The notes beneath the pieces were generated by a model that was not told the DNA's origin, ran no database searches, and was given only the letters and a program-made list of their open reading frames with translations. A stretch of DNA of 64,000 bases from Vicugna vicugna (Eukaryota). The DNA lies in contig MU062133.1 of NCBI GenBank assembly GCA_013265495.1, positions 15,945,885 through 16,009,884 on the forward strand, written 5' to 3'. Every line of letters starts with the position of its first letter. Positions within the stretch are counted from its first letter, which is position 1. The position numbers and the translations under genes are program-made. Positions 12,087-24,905 of this stretch are shown in pieces.

Positions 12087-15084
12087 AATGGGAAAGCGCT
12101 TGGAGCTTTGGATTTTGCTAATCCAAGTTGGGCTGCCTGAGACCTTAGACCACCGGGGAGCTTGAGAGGTTGGCTCTGCCTGCTGGGGAGAAGAGGATCC
12201 CACCCATCGTGTGCGACAAGGCCACCATGAGAGCACAGCTGCTAGAGTTCTCACGCAATCCCTCTGCGTGCCAGATGCTGCTCCAGGTCTTGTCAGGTGC
12301 CAAAGGAACAGATAGGTCAGGGTGCTGTCTCCCCAGGAGCAAATGTGTGGAATAGGGCAAGGAAGGAGGCTTAACTCTGCCACAGGTAAACACAGGTAAA
12401 AGGTGAGCTTCTCCCTGAAGGCCGGCCAGGACTCTGGTTGCCAGGTGCCAGGGAATCTGCCTGAGATACTTGCAGAGGAGATGCAAGTGCTCCCCTCTAA
12501 CCTCCCATCACAATCCCTCGGCATTTCTGAGAACAATCTCTCTTGCCAGGCTCGATTGCAGTATTAAAGATGTCCATGACTGATAGTTCATTCCAGTGAG
12601 CACTTTCAGTATTAAACTCTGTCATTATGAAGTAAAATATTCATGATCCCTAAATCTGTGTGTATTATAACAGGATGTCATTGTTATCAATTTGTCTTCC
12701 CCGTTCTCCATTTCTGCCTTTGCTGTCTTTTTCAGACTCTAATGTCTGATAGCTAGAGCTGGGAGATAATTAGGAAGCGGTACTAAAGAATCACAGGATT
12801 GTTCTCTCACTCACTGATATGGTCCCAGAGCCAGTGGGAAAGACAGTGGTGACAGCTAATTACAGCACTAAGGAATTCTGGTCTGAGCTGACCCGGGAAG
12901 ACCCCTCCCATAAACACACATCAGTATGGGGTAAAATATAATAAAATGATTTGAAATCACAGCTGCATTTGAAAGGAAGGAAAGAAAAATTCCAGATTCC
13001 AGAAATGAATAGGAATTCAAAGCCAGCATGGTGAATGAGCATTGGAGGGGAACTGAAGCCAGATGTGTACAATCAGGGCTGTGGTTTCAACACCCAAGTG
13101 GCAGCAGACATGGAGACCACCGCATCGTGAGTGGCTAGGGCCAGATAGGAGACCCTACATTTAGTTGGGTGCTTAGAAAGGCTCAACAAACCCCACCTAC
13201 CAGCTGGGTAAGTGGTGACCACAAGGGAAGCGGGACAACAATTTGGGTAGAGAAAGGATAATCTGTGAAGGATCAAAATCCAAGCTTGTGCCACCATGGC
13301 TGTAGGGTCTGGATTCATAGCATTTTCACAGTGTGCAGACTACAATTGGAAAAGTCAGTGTACAAACTGGTTTGAACACAATGGAACCCAATGGAGGCAA
13401 ACTTCAACCTTTCCCAAGGCATGCCTCCACAACCTGGAGGAAATAACTCCCGCTGAATATGAGCTCACACAGAGAAATCACACAGCACATAAGAAAAGAA
13501 ACAGCCAAGAGAGTGAGTCTCAGATCCAATATGGCAGCCAGCTTGGCCCATCCACTCAACACCGTTATCCCTCTGACTCTATCCAGCCGCTGGAGAGTGC
13601 CTGAAGCCCTCTCTTTTTTTCCAGTTCATGAGTGTATATAATGCATGTATAAATTCCCTTCATTTAATTTGCACATCACATCAATTAGACACTGAGAAAC
13701 GTATACTGTTCACACCTAGCCAGATGTGATCCCTGCTGATGGGTTGCTGCCACACCTGGCCACCTACTCCCCTGGCAGTGTGATGAGGCTACCCTGGAGT
13801 GGGGACTCTCCAAGCTCGGTTTGGGGTCTCAATCTCACAAGCCCATAAAATATGAAAAGTGTAGGTCCTTTTTTTATTTTCATACGCTGACATTATTGAC
13901 AAGCTTTCACTCTCACCCACAACTACCAGTGGCCTCCGAAGTGGATGTTTCAGGTTCCTGAAATCTGGTATTCAAACTCAATGATCACAGTTGACCAAGG
14001 ACTCTAATGCAGCATTCGCCAAAAGACATGACCTCTAGGCAACGCTTGGCCACTGCTGCTCAGAGGCACGACTGCAGGATGCAGGCATCTCAAGCTGGAG
14101 CAGGTTGCTCTTCGCCCAGGGATCATCAGCTTTGTCTTGAATTGGTGGAGCTGTGGAACTGCTGCTATTCTTGCTTTTAAATCACAAATTGCTCTTGCCT
14201 TGGCTTCATCACCATCAGTTTAATGGTGAGAGGGTGCCTGGAGAACCCTACGCAGTTATGTGATCCCTATTTGCATTAACTTCTGTTTTCCACTAAGGAG
14301 GCCTTAAGATGCACACCCTGCAGCTCGCATGTGAACCTTCGGTATCTCCATGAGCAGATTACCCCCACGTCCTTCACAGAGAGTCTTCGTTGTAGTCCCA
14401 AGGGCTTCCACTAGGAAGAGGCAGGTCAGCGAGATCACTGAGCGTTAGCTTTTCTGCCACATCAAAGCAGCTGAGATTAAAAATAACGTTTGTCCCTCTG
14501 GGGCTGAGGCCTCCATTCCTGTTACCCCACTTCCTTGGGTGTTCAAGAGAGATCTATGGCCACCTGCACCCTGTGATTTAAAGGGGCAGTAAATAAGTAA
14601 CATCACTTTATCTTGCCCCCAGGGAACTGCCCGACAGGCACAGAAACAGAGGGAGACAGACAGAGGAGGACAATCCCTGCTCCTTTAGTTATGTCAGTGC
14701 AGTGTCTGATTCCCCTAGTTAGGGGAGAGGGCGCTGGTGAAACCATCTGTTCGTCTCTGCAAGACTGGTTTAAATCCCGTGGACACACAGCCTTCAGGAG
14801 CCAACAGAACATCTTCCACAGATGTCTTTATACATTACACGCTTCCTTTCCTTTTCACAGTGGGGAGGGAAACAGCCCAACAAAAGAGGCAGGTTGTAAG
14901 TAAATAAGGCAAGAGGAGGACTGCACAGAGACCACTGCTGGGGAGATGCTGGGAACGCGCATGCAGCCTTCTCTTCCCGCGTCTGCAGGAGTCCATGGCC
15001 ATGGACTGTGTAACAATGAGCTTGAACATGCCCCATTCCTGAAGTCTTTCTGGGTGCAGGGGAGACAGACACCTGTTTCAGGTA

Positions 15085-15721
15085 GAAGATCAGAGATGGG
15101 TTCTAAAATGGCTCCCAGTGACCCCCACTTCTGGCTTCAGCTCTCTCATGTCGTCCTCTCCCCTTGAGTGTGGCTGTGCCCAGGGACTTGCTTCTCTCAA
15201 ACAGAATGTGCCCAAAGTGATGGGAGGTAACTCAGTGCACTGATTCCCAGGCTTCTTGAAGGAAGAGAGCTCCCAGATGCCACTGTCTTGTAGCAGTGGC
15301 TCAAGGTCCTCATCACTACCCCTTTCTGGAGTGCTGGTCAGGCTGCCGCGGATGCTCTTGCTATGTTTTTGAATTCCACTGCCTTTCCCATATTCAGGGA
15401 CGGATAGAGGCTGGAAAGAACTGTGACTTCCGTTTTGCTGGCACGTGTGCCTTCCCGGCTGGCTTGCTTTGATGAAAGGGGTTGCGGGGTTGGAGAGGCC
15501 TATATGGCAAGGAACGGAGGGAAGCTTCTGGCCAACAGCCTGTGAAGAACCAAGTCCTACCAACAACCACTGCAATCTTGATTGCAGACTTTAAAGTCAC
15601 CCTGAAGCCGGGCACCCAGTGAGGCCGTGCCTCATAGAAACCAGAAGATAGCAAAGGCGTGCTGCTTTAAGCTGCCAAATTTTGGGGTTATTTGTTACTC
15701 AGCGGCACACAGCTAAGACCA
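15085..15721 (+). mobile_element. MLT1 (MLT1E-like) ERVL-MaLR solo LTR
   Basis: The 5' part ttctaaaatggctccc...ccccttgagtgtgg and the 3' part gctttaagctgccaaatttttggggttatttgttactcagc...agctaagacc match the MLT1 pattern. Confidence 0.8.
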
Positions 15722-16299
15722 TTACTTATCAGCATGTGGTGAACTTACCTTGGCTGAGAATATTTTGGGAACTTTTAAACAACATGGGTTAGTTCTTTTC
15801 TTAAACTCTAGTGATTATGAATGGACAACCACAGTACCCCACTCTCAGAACACACTGGGGATCTGTTAGAGAAGAAACTTGCACATCAATGACTGCAGAC
15901 TATAAAGCTATACAGGCCCACAGAGAGAAAAAGGATGGCAACTGTAACCAGGGAGGAGCCTGGGTCCTACTGTGGACCTACTGCATGGGGGGTCTCCACA
16001 GGGGGAGCTAGGGGCTCCTGGATGAGATGGGCTGCGTATCCCTGGGTAAAACCACTGCTGTGCCCTGACTCCCCTACTTGACATCACAGGAAATGAAAGA
16101 TCACAAAAGTTACATGTTCTTTTAAGGTCACACAGCCTGTCGATGGCAGCTCAGGGTCAGGACATAGGTTTCCCATCTCCCTGTCCTCTTCCTTGTCCAC
16201 CTGCCAAAGGACCCCACCACCTCGATGCCCCTATTGAAAGAGAACTGAGCCGAGCTCTGAGCTGACAGAAGTAGAAACAAAGTAAGAGATACACAGAGA

Positions 16300-16688
16300 A
16301 AGCTTCTAAGGTTCCTTTATTTGCTTTGGAAACGACCTTCATTCTTCACCTCTCAACTGAGTCCTGGCCTAGTGACAAGGTAGACTTTCCTCTCTAGCTT
16401 CTTTTGTAAGGAAGGGAACAACATTGACACTTCCCCTCAGATTGCTGTCTCCAGGTACCAGTCGGGGACAGACTGGGCCAGGACTGGAACTTAACAGCAT
16501 TGAGAACACGCGGGATCTGTCTCTGAGTTCCACTTGGCTTGCAAGCTCTTCCTACGTCCTCCCTGAGACAGCCTCTGCCTCCCAGTTCAGGGTGTCTGTG
16601 GTGACAATGGGCTGCATGCAGCCTGATTTCCAGCCTGCTGCTTCTCCAGGGATGTGCCACCCCACAGCCCCCACTGGTTCCTGGGTCT
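16300..16688 (-). other. GALNT14: GALNT14 3' UTR (about 380 nt; cleavage site inferred)
   Basis: Lies between the TGA (16689-16691) and the first AATAAA. U/GU-rich sequence follows on the minus strand (tctctgtgtatctcttactttgttt). Confidence 0.7.
16316..16321 (-). terminator. GALNT14: Polyadenylation signal AATAAA
   Basis: Plus-strand tttatt, about 370 nt after the stop, with a downstream U/GU-rich element. Confidence 0.8.
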
Positions 16689-16847
16689 TCAAGAGCTCAT
16701 CATGTCCCAGTGCTGGCTCATAAGTGAGGACTCACACGGGTTGACAACGATTTCCCTGCCGTTTTCAGTGCCATCACCAAACATGTCTGTGTCGAGGCAG
16801 AGGTGGAATGCCACGTGCTCAATGCGGGAACCAGTCTTGGTCCATTG
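16689..16847 (-). CDS. GALNT14: GALNT14 last coding exon (15): ricin-type lectin gamma repeat and stop
   Basis: [54 protein letters not shown] acceptor at 16848-16849; 159 nt. Confidence 0.97.
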   Translation of the reverse strand, partial: QWTKTGSRIEHVAFHLCLDTDMFGDGTENGREIVVNPCESSLMSQHWDMMSS

Positions 16848-17439
16848 CTGGGAAGATGGAGAGGAGAGAGGATGAGCCAGAATTCTCTGGCCAAGGCCCC
16901 AGGTCCTATCAATAATATTGGGTGCTCCAGCATAATCAGAAACATTTACACCATATGGCTAGGGGCATCCAGAGACTTGACTTCATGGTCTCATGGAGGA
17001 AGAAAATTGCAACTAATTGCTTTGCCAGGTATTGTTCTTGGTTTGTTTGTTTTTTTTCCATTGGATAAAAAAGTAAAAGCAAAATCAGTGTTTGCTAGGA
17101 AAACCCATTAGACAGCAATAACTTTCCAAGCAATAGGCCAGAAAATGTGAAGTGAGTTAGTCACAGGAGCAGCTAAAGAAATGATCCACACATGGTGTCT
17201 GCACTGTCAGGAAGAAGTGGGAGAAAGCTGGGGGACGGCGATGCCAAGGGCGGGGGGCTCCTGGGTGGCACCCGATGCCTGAACCGCTGCTCGTCCCAAG
17301 TGTTCCAGCACACCAGGGCCTAAGCAGAGAGGGGGTCTCATGCTGCTGACAGTGGACTTCACTTCCCATGACAAGGAGGGAGGGGGTGGACACACACTGG
17401 AATCACCACTGACCAGGTACCATGGGCCATCTCAGCTAA

Positions 17440-17580
17440 TTGCTCTAACAGTTACCCTGTATGATGGGCATCATCAACCTAACACAGAGGAGAAAACTGA
17501 AGCCCAGAGAGGTCCAGTAACCTGCCAAAGGTCACACAGCCAGTGAGCCATACCATGGGCATTTGAATCTCAGTCTAACA
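17440..17580 (-). mobile_element. MIR SINE
   Basis: aaaactgaagcccagagaggtccagtaacctgccaaaggtcacacagccagtgag. Confidence 0.8.
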
Positions 17581-18046
17581 TCAGAATCCAGTTGGTAGGA
17601 AATTGAGTGGAGCCAACACCTTGCTGCTAGAGGAACTTGGCATGTAGTGTGTCTAGAGTGCTATGAATTTTGGTGGATGTCCCACCAGAGCCCACGGCTC
17701 CCCTCAAAGGCAAAGGTTGACTCTTGCTCATCCCTGTGGCCCTGAAGGCTGGTCCCAGGACTCTCCTGCTCTGGGATCCTGGGTGGGTGTCGGAGCACAG
17801 ATACACATGCAAGGTGAGGTCCAATGAGGTCAGCAGGCTTTCACGTGGCAGCTGAACACTGCTGTGGGCACCACGGATGTATCAGAGGAGCCCTTCCCTC
17901 CCTCTGCTAACCAGAAGGACCTCTTTCTTACCATCACCATCTCTTCTATAGCTTTTCTCTTTTTCTGCCCATGAGACTTAGACCTACTCAGGCAGCCATG
18001 GTATTGAAGGTGGCCATGTCCCAGGGTGGATGCGCTGAGCACTTAC

Positions 18047-18166
18047 CTGTTTCTCATCTCCATTCTTGCAAAGGGCAAGAACCACAGGGGCGCCTGGGAA
18101 CCCGGTGATGACTGACAGGCACAGTTCCTCTTGGACAATCTGCTGAGTGTACGTGAAGGCCCAGAT
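18047..18166 (-). CDS. GALNT14: GALNT14 exon 14: lectin beta repeat
   Basis: [40 protein letters not shown]. 120 nt, with AG acceptor and GTAAGT donor. Confidence 0.97.
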
Positions 18167-19849
18167 CTGGAGGGGAAGACGCCAGGAAGGGTCACCTCAG
18201 GATGCTTGGAAGCCACCATGTGGGATACTCTTCTGCTCACACTGACAACTAGCACAGCTTGGTACGAAGCACTGGGGGGTCCTAGCAGGAATCGACTGTC
18301 AACAGGTCACCTTGGAAAATGCTCAAGAGTCAGGGTCACCTGCCTCTGAAGTCTTTGTCCCCACACCCTATGAAGGGGATGGGCTAAGGACATGCAGGCC
18401 ACCTCAGGAAGGCAAGGAACAATTCTAGGCTTTAGAGGGGAGACTGAATGACACCCAGGCCAACCTGCATGGTCTTTGGTTTCTCCATTTGGATTGGTGT
18501 CTGTTCCTTATACTTGATATCTCAAGTGGCTACCAGCTAGGTCACGCCCTAGCTATCTTTATAATGTCCCTTCTTTGAAAAGGAATCCTGAGAACACAGG
18601 AGTTACAGCAAGAGGCAGATGGAGGGACAAAGGGAATGAGGAAGGGTTCCAAGGGAGGGCGTGGAAGAGGAGCGGGAGGAGAGGAAGAAGGTCATGAGAA
18701 GTCAAGTCATTCCAAGAGGGAGCATGGGCACCAGCACTCCTGGAGGACAGATCATTTGGCCCTGGAGCTCCTGCAGAGAGAGAAGGTGATAAACCAGATG
18801 GACAAGCAGCTTTCTGACAGCAAAAAGAAAGGGCATTCTGTGAGGTTCATCACAGGGAACAAGGAACGTTTCCTCCGAGTGCCGCAGATCAGAGAGCCAT
18901 CAACTGCTCAAGAAGCCAGCACCACTTCCCAGCTCTTAAATCAGGGTGCGAGAGTGCTGGCATGATAGTTGTCAAAAGAGCACTTCCAAGAGGTGTCTCC
19001 CAGGCTGTGAAACGGGAAGGACACCTGTCCTTTGCCTTCATCGTGGGGCAAGGAAGATTTGGGAGTCAGATGCCCTGAGGGCAGCCACAGAGAGGATCCT
19101 GTTAGGTGCTATACCCCTCCTCTTCCACAACACCCCTACTGTCCAGCTGACCTCTCTACCAGGCCACTCATTGGCCACTTTTCCTTGGCTCAAGAATGAA
19201 ACAAAGGTTCCTCAGCTGGCCAACCCCTGCTCTGGGACCTCGTGTCCTGTAAGCTGACACGGTGTTCATCTGGCCCTAGTTCTGCACCTTCCCCAGCTCC
19301 TGGCAGCCACCTCCTGGCCCCACGTCTTCTCCTGACCTCCATTTCTGCCGACACCTTCCAAGTCCTCCTGTTACTTGGATTGCTCCTCCTCTCCCACAGA
19401 CTGGGCCCTTCTGCTGCCCCCACCAGACCCCCTGGATGCAGACCACAGCCTCTCCTGATCTGGGGTCTTTTCCTGTCCCTCACACCTGGATGGGGCCACT
19501 AGCCCGGTGGAAGCCATGGTCCCCTAGTGCTGGGTCCTGCCTGTGGATTCTTCTGTCCCTTTTCAAATTGCTGGTGTCAGGAGAAGACCTAGATCAGAAA
19601 GTACTCCCTGGGGAGTGGAGTGAGAATTCTTGAAGCCTGAGAATGGGTACACAGAGGTTCTTTACTCTCTTCCATCTAGTTCTAGACCTATATTTACTCC
19701 AAATTTTATATAAGAAAACATGGTGAAATGTATTCCTCTGGCTTTGTGAACATCACCAACCTACACATATCATTTGCCTTCTTCCAAGGTAAGCTGACAG
19801 AGCCTATACACACAGAGGCCACGTGAGAGCCATGACAATATGGCCAATG

Positions 19850-20030
19850 ACAACTAATGTTTCTTGAGCACTTTCTATGTGCCAGGCTCTCTTCTGGGAG
19901 CTTTACCCATGTTAATTTCACCTTCATAAGAATCTGATTAGGTAGGTATTCTTATTATCCCCATTTTACTGATGATGAAGGTCAAGGTTCAGAGAGCTTA
20001 TCCTAAGTCATGGACTAGAAAGTGGCCCCT
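19850..20030 (-). mobile_element. MIR SINE (its inner part forms the outer end of inverted-repeat arm A)
   Basis: gattaggtaggtattcttattatccccattttactgatgatgaagg. Confidence 0.8.
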
Positions 20031-20610
20031 ACAGCCTCCTCTCCAATAGCTCTGTTGCTGCTGCTGGAGTCACGGCTGGTTCTGGGCCGTTTTACTTAAG
20101 TTCAATCATGGGAGATGTCTGTCTCTGAGACCCTCTTCCAGGTTGTAAATACTATAAGTATAGATGAGCTCCTCCTCAGCAGGAGAGAGCTAGCAAGAGA
20201 TCCTTCCTCTGGGCCAGTTCCCAGCACCAGCCCGTGAGAAGGGAAACCAAGGTCACACACTGGGGAGGAGGCAGACCAAAGAGCAGGCCCCTCCCCTCAC
20301 ACTGATGGGAACAGGGGCAAGAGTGTGAACGGAGGCCCACACTCCGCAGACTCCATACCAGACCAGGGGACGCACAGGCGCTGGTTTCCAGCCTGGGATG
20401 CCTCCCTTTTCTTCTCACCCCTGCCTCTGTCTCCCACCGTGAACTCCCAGCCTGCGTCTCCCAGCTTGATAAATGGTCCGCTTAGGGTCTAGGTGTGTGT
20501 ACTAGGGACACAGTCCAACCTCTGGAACAGACCCGGAGACAGAGATCCACACAGGTCCTGAAACCAGGCTTGGGTCATTTGGGTGGTGGGTTCTGGGGTC
20601 CCACAAATTT
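19925..20610 (+). repeat. Inverted duplication, arm A (pairs with 24175-24905)
   Basis: Hand alignment to the reverse complement of arm B: 20349-20452 vs 24351-24454 is 99/104 ungapped, and 20483-20570 vs 24221-24308 is 80/88 ungapped. Further gapped similarity continues out to the MIR. Confidence 0.95.
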
Positions 20611-21872
20611 GGCGTGTGATGTAGAAAGCAGACGCTGGTCCTGGGCCCAGAGAATTCCTTAGCCTGTGGGGAGGGGAGAGAAGGACCCAGGTTTGATGGC
20701 AGGGCTACCTGCGGGCCATTTGCCAGGGCCCACTGGACAATAGGCCTCAATGGGAGACTTCCGATCTGTCTGGAAACGAGGCTGAACACACAGTCATCCA
20801 CATGGAAGGAAGATGAGGCTCGTCCCTCTGTCCCATTACCTGACCACATAGCTTGCAGTGAACCATGAATTAGCCTTTTAAAAATAAACCCTGCAATTAT
20901 CTTACAATCACAATACCCCAGCTTTGTGTTCTTATGTCAAAAGCATTAATGAATTAAACGTAAAAACTTAAAATATACCAGAATTTCTGTAAGCTTGCTT
21001 TGGTATTTCTTCCTTTTTAATATCTTAGGGGCTTCAAAAACCAGAAATGCTAGGGGTGGCATGGGGGTGGGTGTGGAGTGTGGTTCTTTTGACATTGAGA
21101 CCCCCCACCCAAAAACGCCTTTCGGGAAGGAATGTATATGGGACACCAAGGCTGGGGCCTGAGGAAACCACCTGGAGACCCTCCAGGGAAGTGTGTGCAC
21201 AGGCAGACACAGGGATGGAAGCCCTGACACTCACTGGACCTTCCATTAGCCTGTGCTTTACCAGCACCGAAGTAATTCCACCTCACAATCCCCCAGAGGA
21301 ATGCAGCTCTGTGGCCACATCTGCAAGGACAGAGGGGAGGGGAAGCAGGAGGCAGGAGTGGTGGGGCAGGAAGTGAAAAGAGGTTTTCCTATTCCCATTC
21401 TGTGGCCTGCCAGACTTCCCAGAGTGGCTGGTGATGCATGGGTTTATTACCCGAATCTCCGAGTCAGAAATGAATTCAAGAAGGCAGCACCGGTTGCTCA
21501 GGCTGGCCTGGCTGCAATCGGTGAGCACGGACAGTTCCATCTGGGGACCCGGTGAAGTCAAACCCCTCATCCCTAAAGCACACAGACATAGCTGGACCCA
21601 TGGAAGGTAATCCAGAGGCCATCCTGAAGGTGGTGTGAGCAGCCTCGCCTTCTCCTCACTGAGATGGATTGGTAAGGGGCTGAGAAGGAGGGGGTCCTCT
21701 CCTGGCCTTCCAGCCCCTTTGCTCCTGCCCTGGAAGAGGAGAACTGAGGACGGGGAGGGGATGGCCCAGGCCGGAAGTCTCTGGAGAAGCTAAGTCAGGG
21801 GCCCACGCACAGGGGCTGATCTTCGAATGACCTAGAGCCACCTCTGGTGGACGAGAAGCAATTAGCCCAGGG

Positions 21873-22078
21873 CAGTGCTTCTCAGCTGGGGTGATTCTGC
21901 CCCTATCCACCCCCGAGGGGAGACGTTTTCTGACTGTTAGGACTAGGTGGGAGGAGGTATTACTCATGCCTAACGGGTAGAAGCCAGGGGTGCCGCTGAC
22001 CATCCTACAGTGCACAGGACGGTCCCCACAGCAGGCATCAGGGACCGGTGTCAATGGTGCTGAAGGCGAGAAACAGCC
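21873..22078 (+). mobile_element. MER20 hAT-Charlie DNA transposon
   Basis: cagtgcttctcagctggggtgatt...catcctacagtgcacaggac...tgtcaatggtgctgaaggcgagaaac. Confidence 0.85.
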
Positions 22079-24174
22079 TAGCCTTAAACGCTTGGTCTCT
22101 GGAGGCAGCAGTATAAAGCCTGCTCTGGTGTGACTCGAGTGTGGCCTAGGTGGCCTTGGTCAACTTCTCTCAGCCTCGTTTACTCCACCTATGAAATGGG
22201 GCACCACCAGGACGTGGTTCACGGGGTCGTTGTGAAGATTCAACAAGAAGATGCAAGTGGAACCCTCAGCCCCATGCCTGGTGGAGCAGGGTCCCTGTCA
22301 GCAGTATTTTTCTGACACGTGGGCAAGAGGGGTGGCTCGGTGAGGATGGAGAAACATTTAGATGTGGAGAGAAGTGAGGAGGCTGGGTTTTCATTAAGGC
22401 AGGAGCCCATGTCATTTTCTGATGGTGGCAAGTTCCTCGTTCAAAAATTCTTCTGGGCAGGAAGAGTAAACACGGAGATGAATCAGTGGCTGGGATGCTG
22501 TGCCGGGGTGAGACAGCCGAAATAGCTCTGTGACAAGAGACGCTTCTGTTCTAGATCCTTTACGCTCACTGTTACATAATCCTCACAGCCACCCTGGAAG
22601 GTCAGCGTGTGTTGATGGACAGGGGACTGAGGGCAGTGGTTACTCTGGGCAATGCCAGGGGCAGACCCCGGGGTCACCTGGGAATGTGGAACGTCCTTGG
22701 TGGGACGGGATCTGAGCTGAGTGCGTCCAGGACCACAGGCTGGCCTCCAGCCTCTCAGGCCACACTGGGTGATGCACCAGTCCACCCAAAATGCCTGCAA
22801 GCCCTCTTCAGACAAGATGTAGACAGTGAGCGAGAAGGTTCGAATGAACCTTTAGCTCAGCTGACCCCTTGGTACATCCGTACTACTGTGGGGTCTCCCA
22901 GATGGACTGACCGGCCGTGCGGGGGACCCTCATCAGCTGCAGGCACAGACCTCGCTGCTCCCCGCTGGAGGCCCTCTGACCAGGGGCGGCTCTGAGACAC
23001 ACTCCTCTCCTTCCACTGGGACCTGCGCTAGACTCCCTTTCGGGGTCTGTGTTTCCAGGCCATCCCGTCCTTTCCTCCTAAGTTGTAAGAACACACGTAC
23101 ACATATGATTGCAAACCCACACCTAGTACGTATGGTGTTGGATTATGTTGTTGGGCTCTGGAGTGACTGCCAGGGCTGGAATCCTGGCTCACCTGTTTAT
23201 TAACCCCATAAATGTGGCTGAGTTACTTACTCTATGCCTCAGTCCCCTCGTGTGTGAAATGAAGACAACAGCAGCCCCTACTACAGACGCTCCCCCTACA
23301 CGCATCCGGAACGGTGCTAGCCACAGAGCAAGTGCTCAGCTCCTGCCTGCGAGCTGACTGTGACGATGGAGGAAGCCAGCAGGAGGCAAGGCGGCCCTGG
23401 AGAGCTTCCTCCAAACAGTGCCTCTGCTCTGCCTCCCAGGAGAGATGCTGGAGAGGTGATTGCAACAGGGCTATTCCCAAGAGCGTGCTGAGAAAGCCGG
23501 GAAGGAGAGGCTGGTATCAGGCAGGGAAGTAAAGTGGTTGCAGACTCACTGAGAGGTGCTGATGTGAGTCCAGGTTTGGGGGAAGGGCTCTGACCTTCAT
23601 CTCCCCGACTCAGGCTATCCAGCTGTCTGCATGCATCCTTCCTAAGCCAGTAGCCTGACCTGCTGGGGGTGCAGCTGGAAGGGTTCACTGCAAGGTTTCA
23701 AATTTACACTTCTTCCCTTTCTTTAAATTAGGATAGCAGTTAGACTGATGCACCTGTATTCTTTCTATCTTTCACAAATATTTTTCTAGGGAATCCAATA
23801 CAACTGAGAGGGAACTCGTTACCCTGGAGGTTTCTGGGGCTTGACGCATTTACAAACGGATGGTGTGTTTCTCCTGTTTCTCACCCAAGGCATTGGGTGC
23901 CGCCATCTTGAATGCACACCCAGATTAGACATTTGGCTCTGAGGTTGGCAAGCCAACCAAGAAAGGGAGGTAAGGGGGGATGAGGGATGGATGGGGCTGT
24001 GGGATGCAGGGAGTCGGGTCATGAGCCAGCACCGGAGTCAGAAGACAGTCATGGTCAGGTAGTCTCTTCTCAACAACAAGAACACCCATGTCCCCAGGGA
24101 CACACCACCCGGAGAGTGAGTGGACAGCTGGAAGCAGAACTCAGACCTCCTGACGCCTACCCTCTGCTGCTCTT

Positions 24175-24905
24175 TCACCCCACATATCGAGGACCCTAAA
24201 ATCCTCCACCCAAGCACGGGAGCCTGATTTCAGGACCTGTGTGGATCTCTGCCCCCAGGTCTGTTCCAGAGGGTGGACTGTATCCCTAGTACATACACCT
24301 TGACCCTAGGGGGACTGTCTAGAGGGGAGTGAGCAAGTGGGAGAGAGGTGGGCTGGGAGTTCACAGTGGGAAACAGAGGCAGGGGTAAGAAGAAAAGGGA
24401 GGCATCCCAGGCTGGAAACCAGTGCCTGTGCGTCCCCTGGTCTGGTGTGGAGTCCTTGAGTATGGGCCTCCATTCACACTCTTGCCTCCCTTTCCATTAA
24501 TGTGAGGGGAGGAGCCTAATCTCTGATCTGTCCCCTCCCTGTCCTGACATGGGGCATGACCTTGGTTTCCCTTCTCATAGGGGCTGGCGCTGGGAACTGG
24601 TCAAGAGGAAGGATCTCTTGCCTTGACAGGAGAGAGCTGATCTACACTTTTAATATTTACAGCCTGGAAGAGGGATCGCAGAGACAGACATCTCCATCAA
24701 TTGAACTTGAATAAAAAGGCCCAGAACCAGCCATGACTCCAGCAGCAGCAGCAACAGCGGAGCTATGGGGTGGTGGCTAGATTTCCCAAACCCTGTCTTC
24801 CTCACTTGCTAGTCTACAACCTTGGACAATCTCTCCAGGCCTTCATTTCATCATCTGTAAAATGAGGAGAATAGTAATACCTACTTAATCGGGTTTTTAT
24901 GTCAC
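24175..24905 (-). repeat. Inverted duplication, arm B (pairs with 19925-20610)
   Basis: Same alignment as arm A. The outer end is MIR sequence at 24790-24905 that shares unusual variants with the arm A MIR. Confidence 0.95.

Noticed and set aside
11603-12536. Long ORFs of 172 and 223 aa
   Set aside because: Their length comes from reading through the N gap, and they show no recognisable homology.
1-16300. Possible exons of a neighbouring gene (CAPN13 lies downstream in human, from recall)
   Set aside because: I found no calpain-like or other recognisable coding sequence in any frame.
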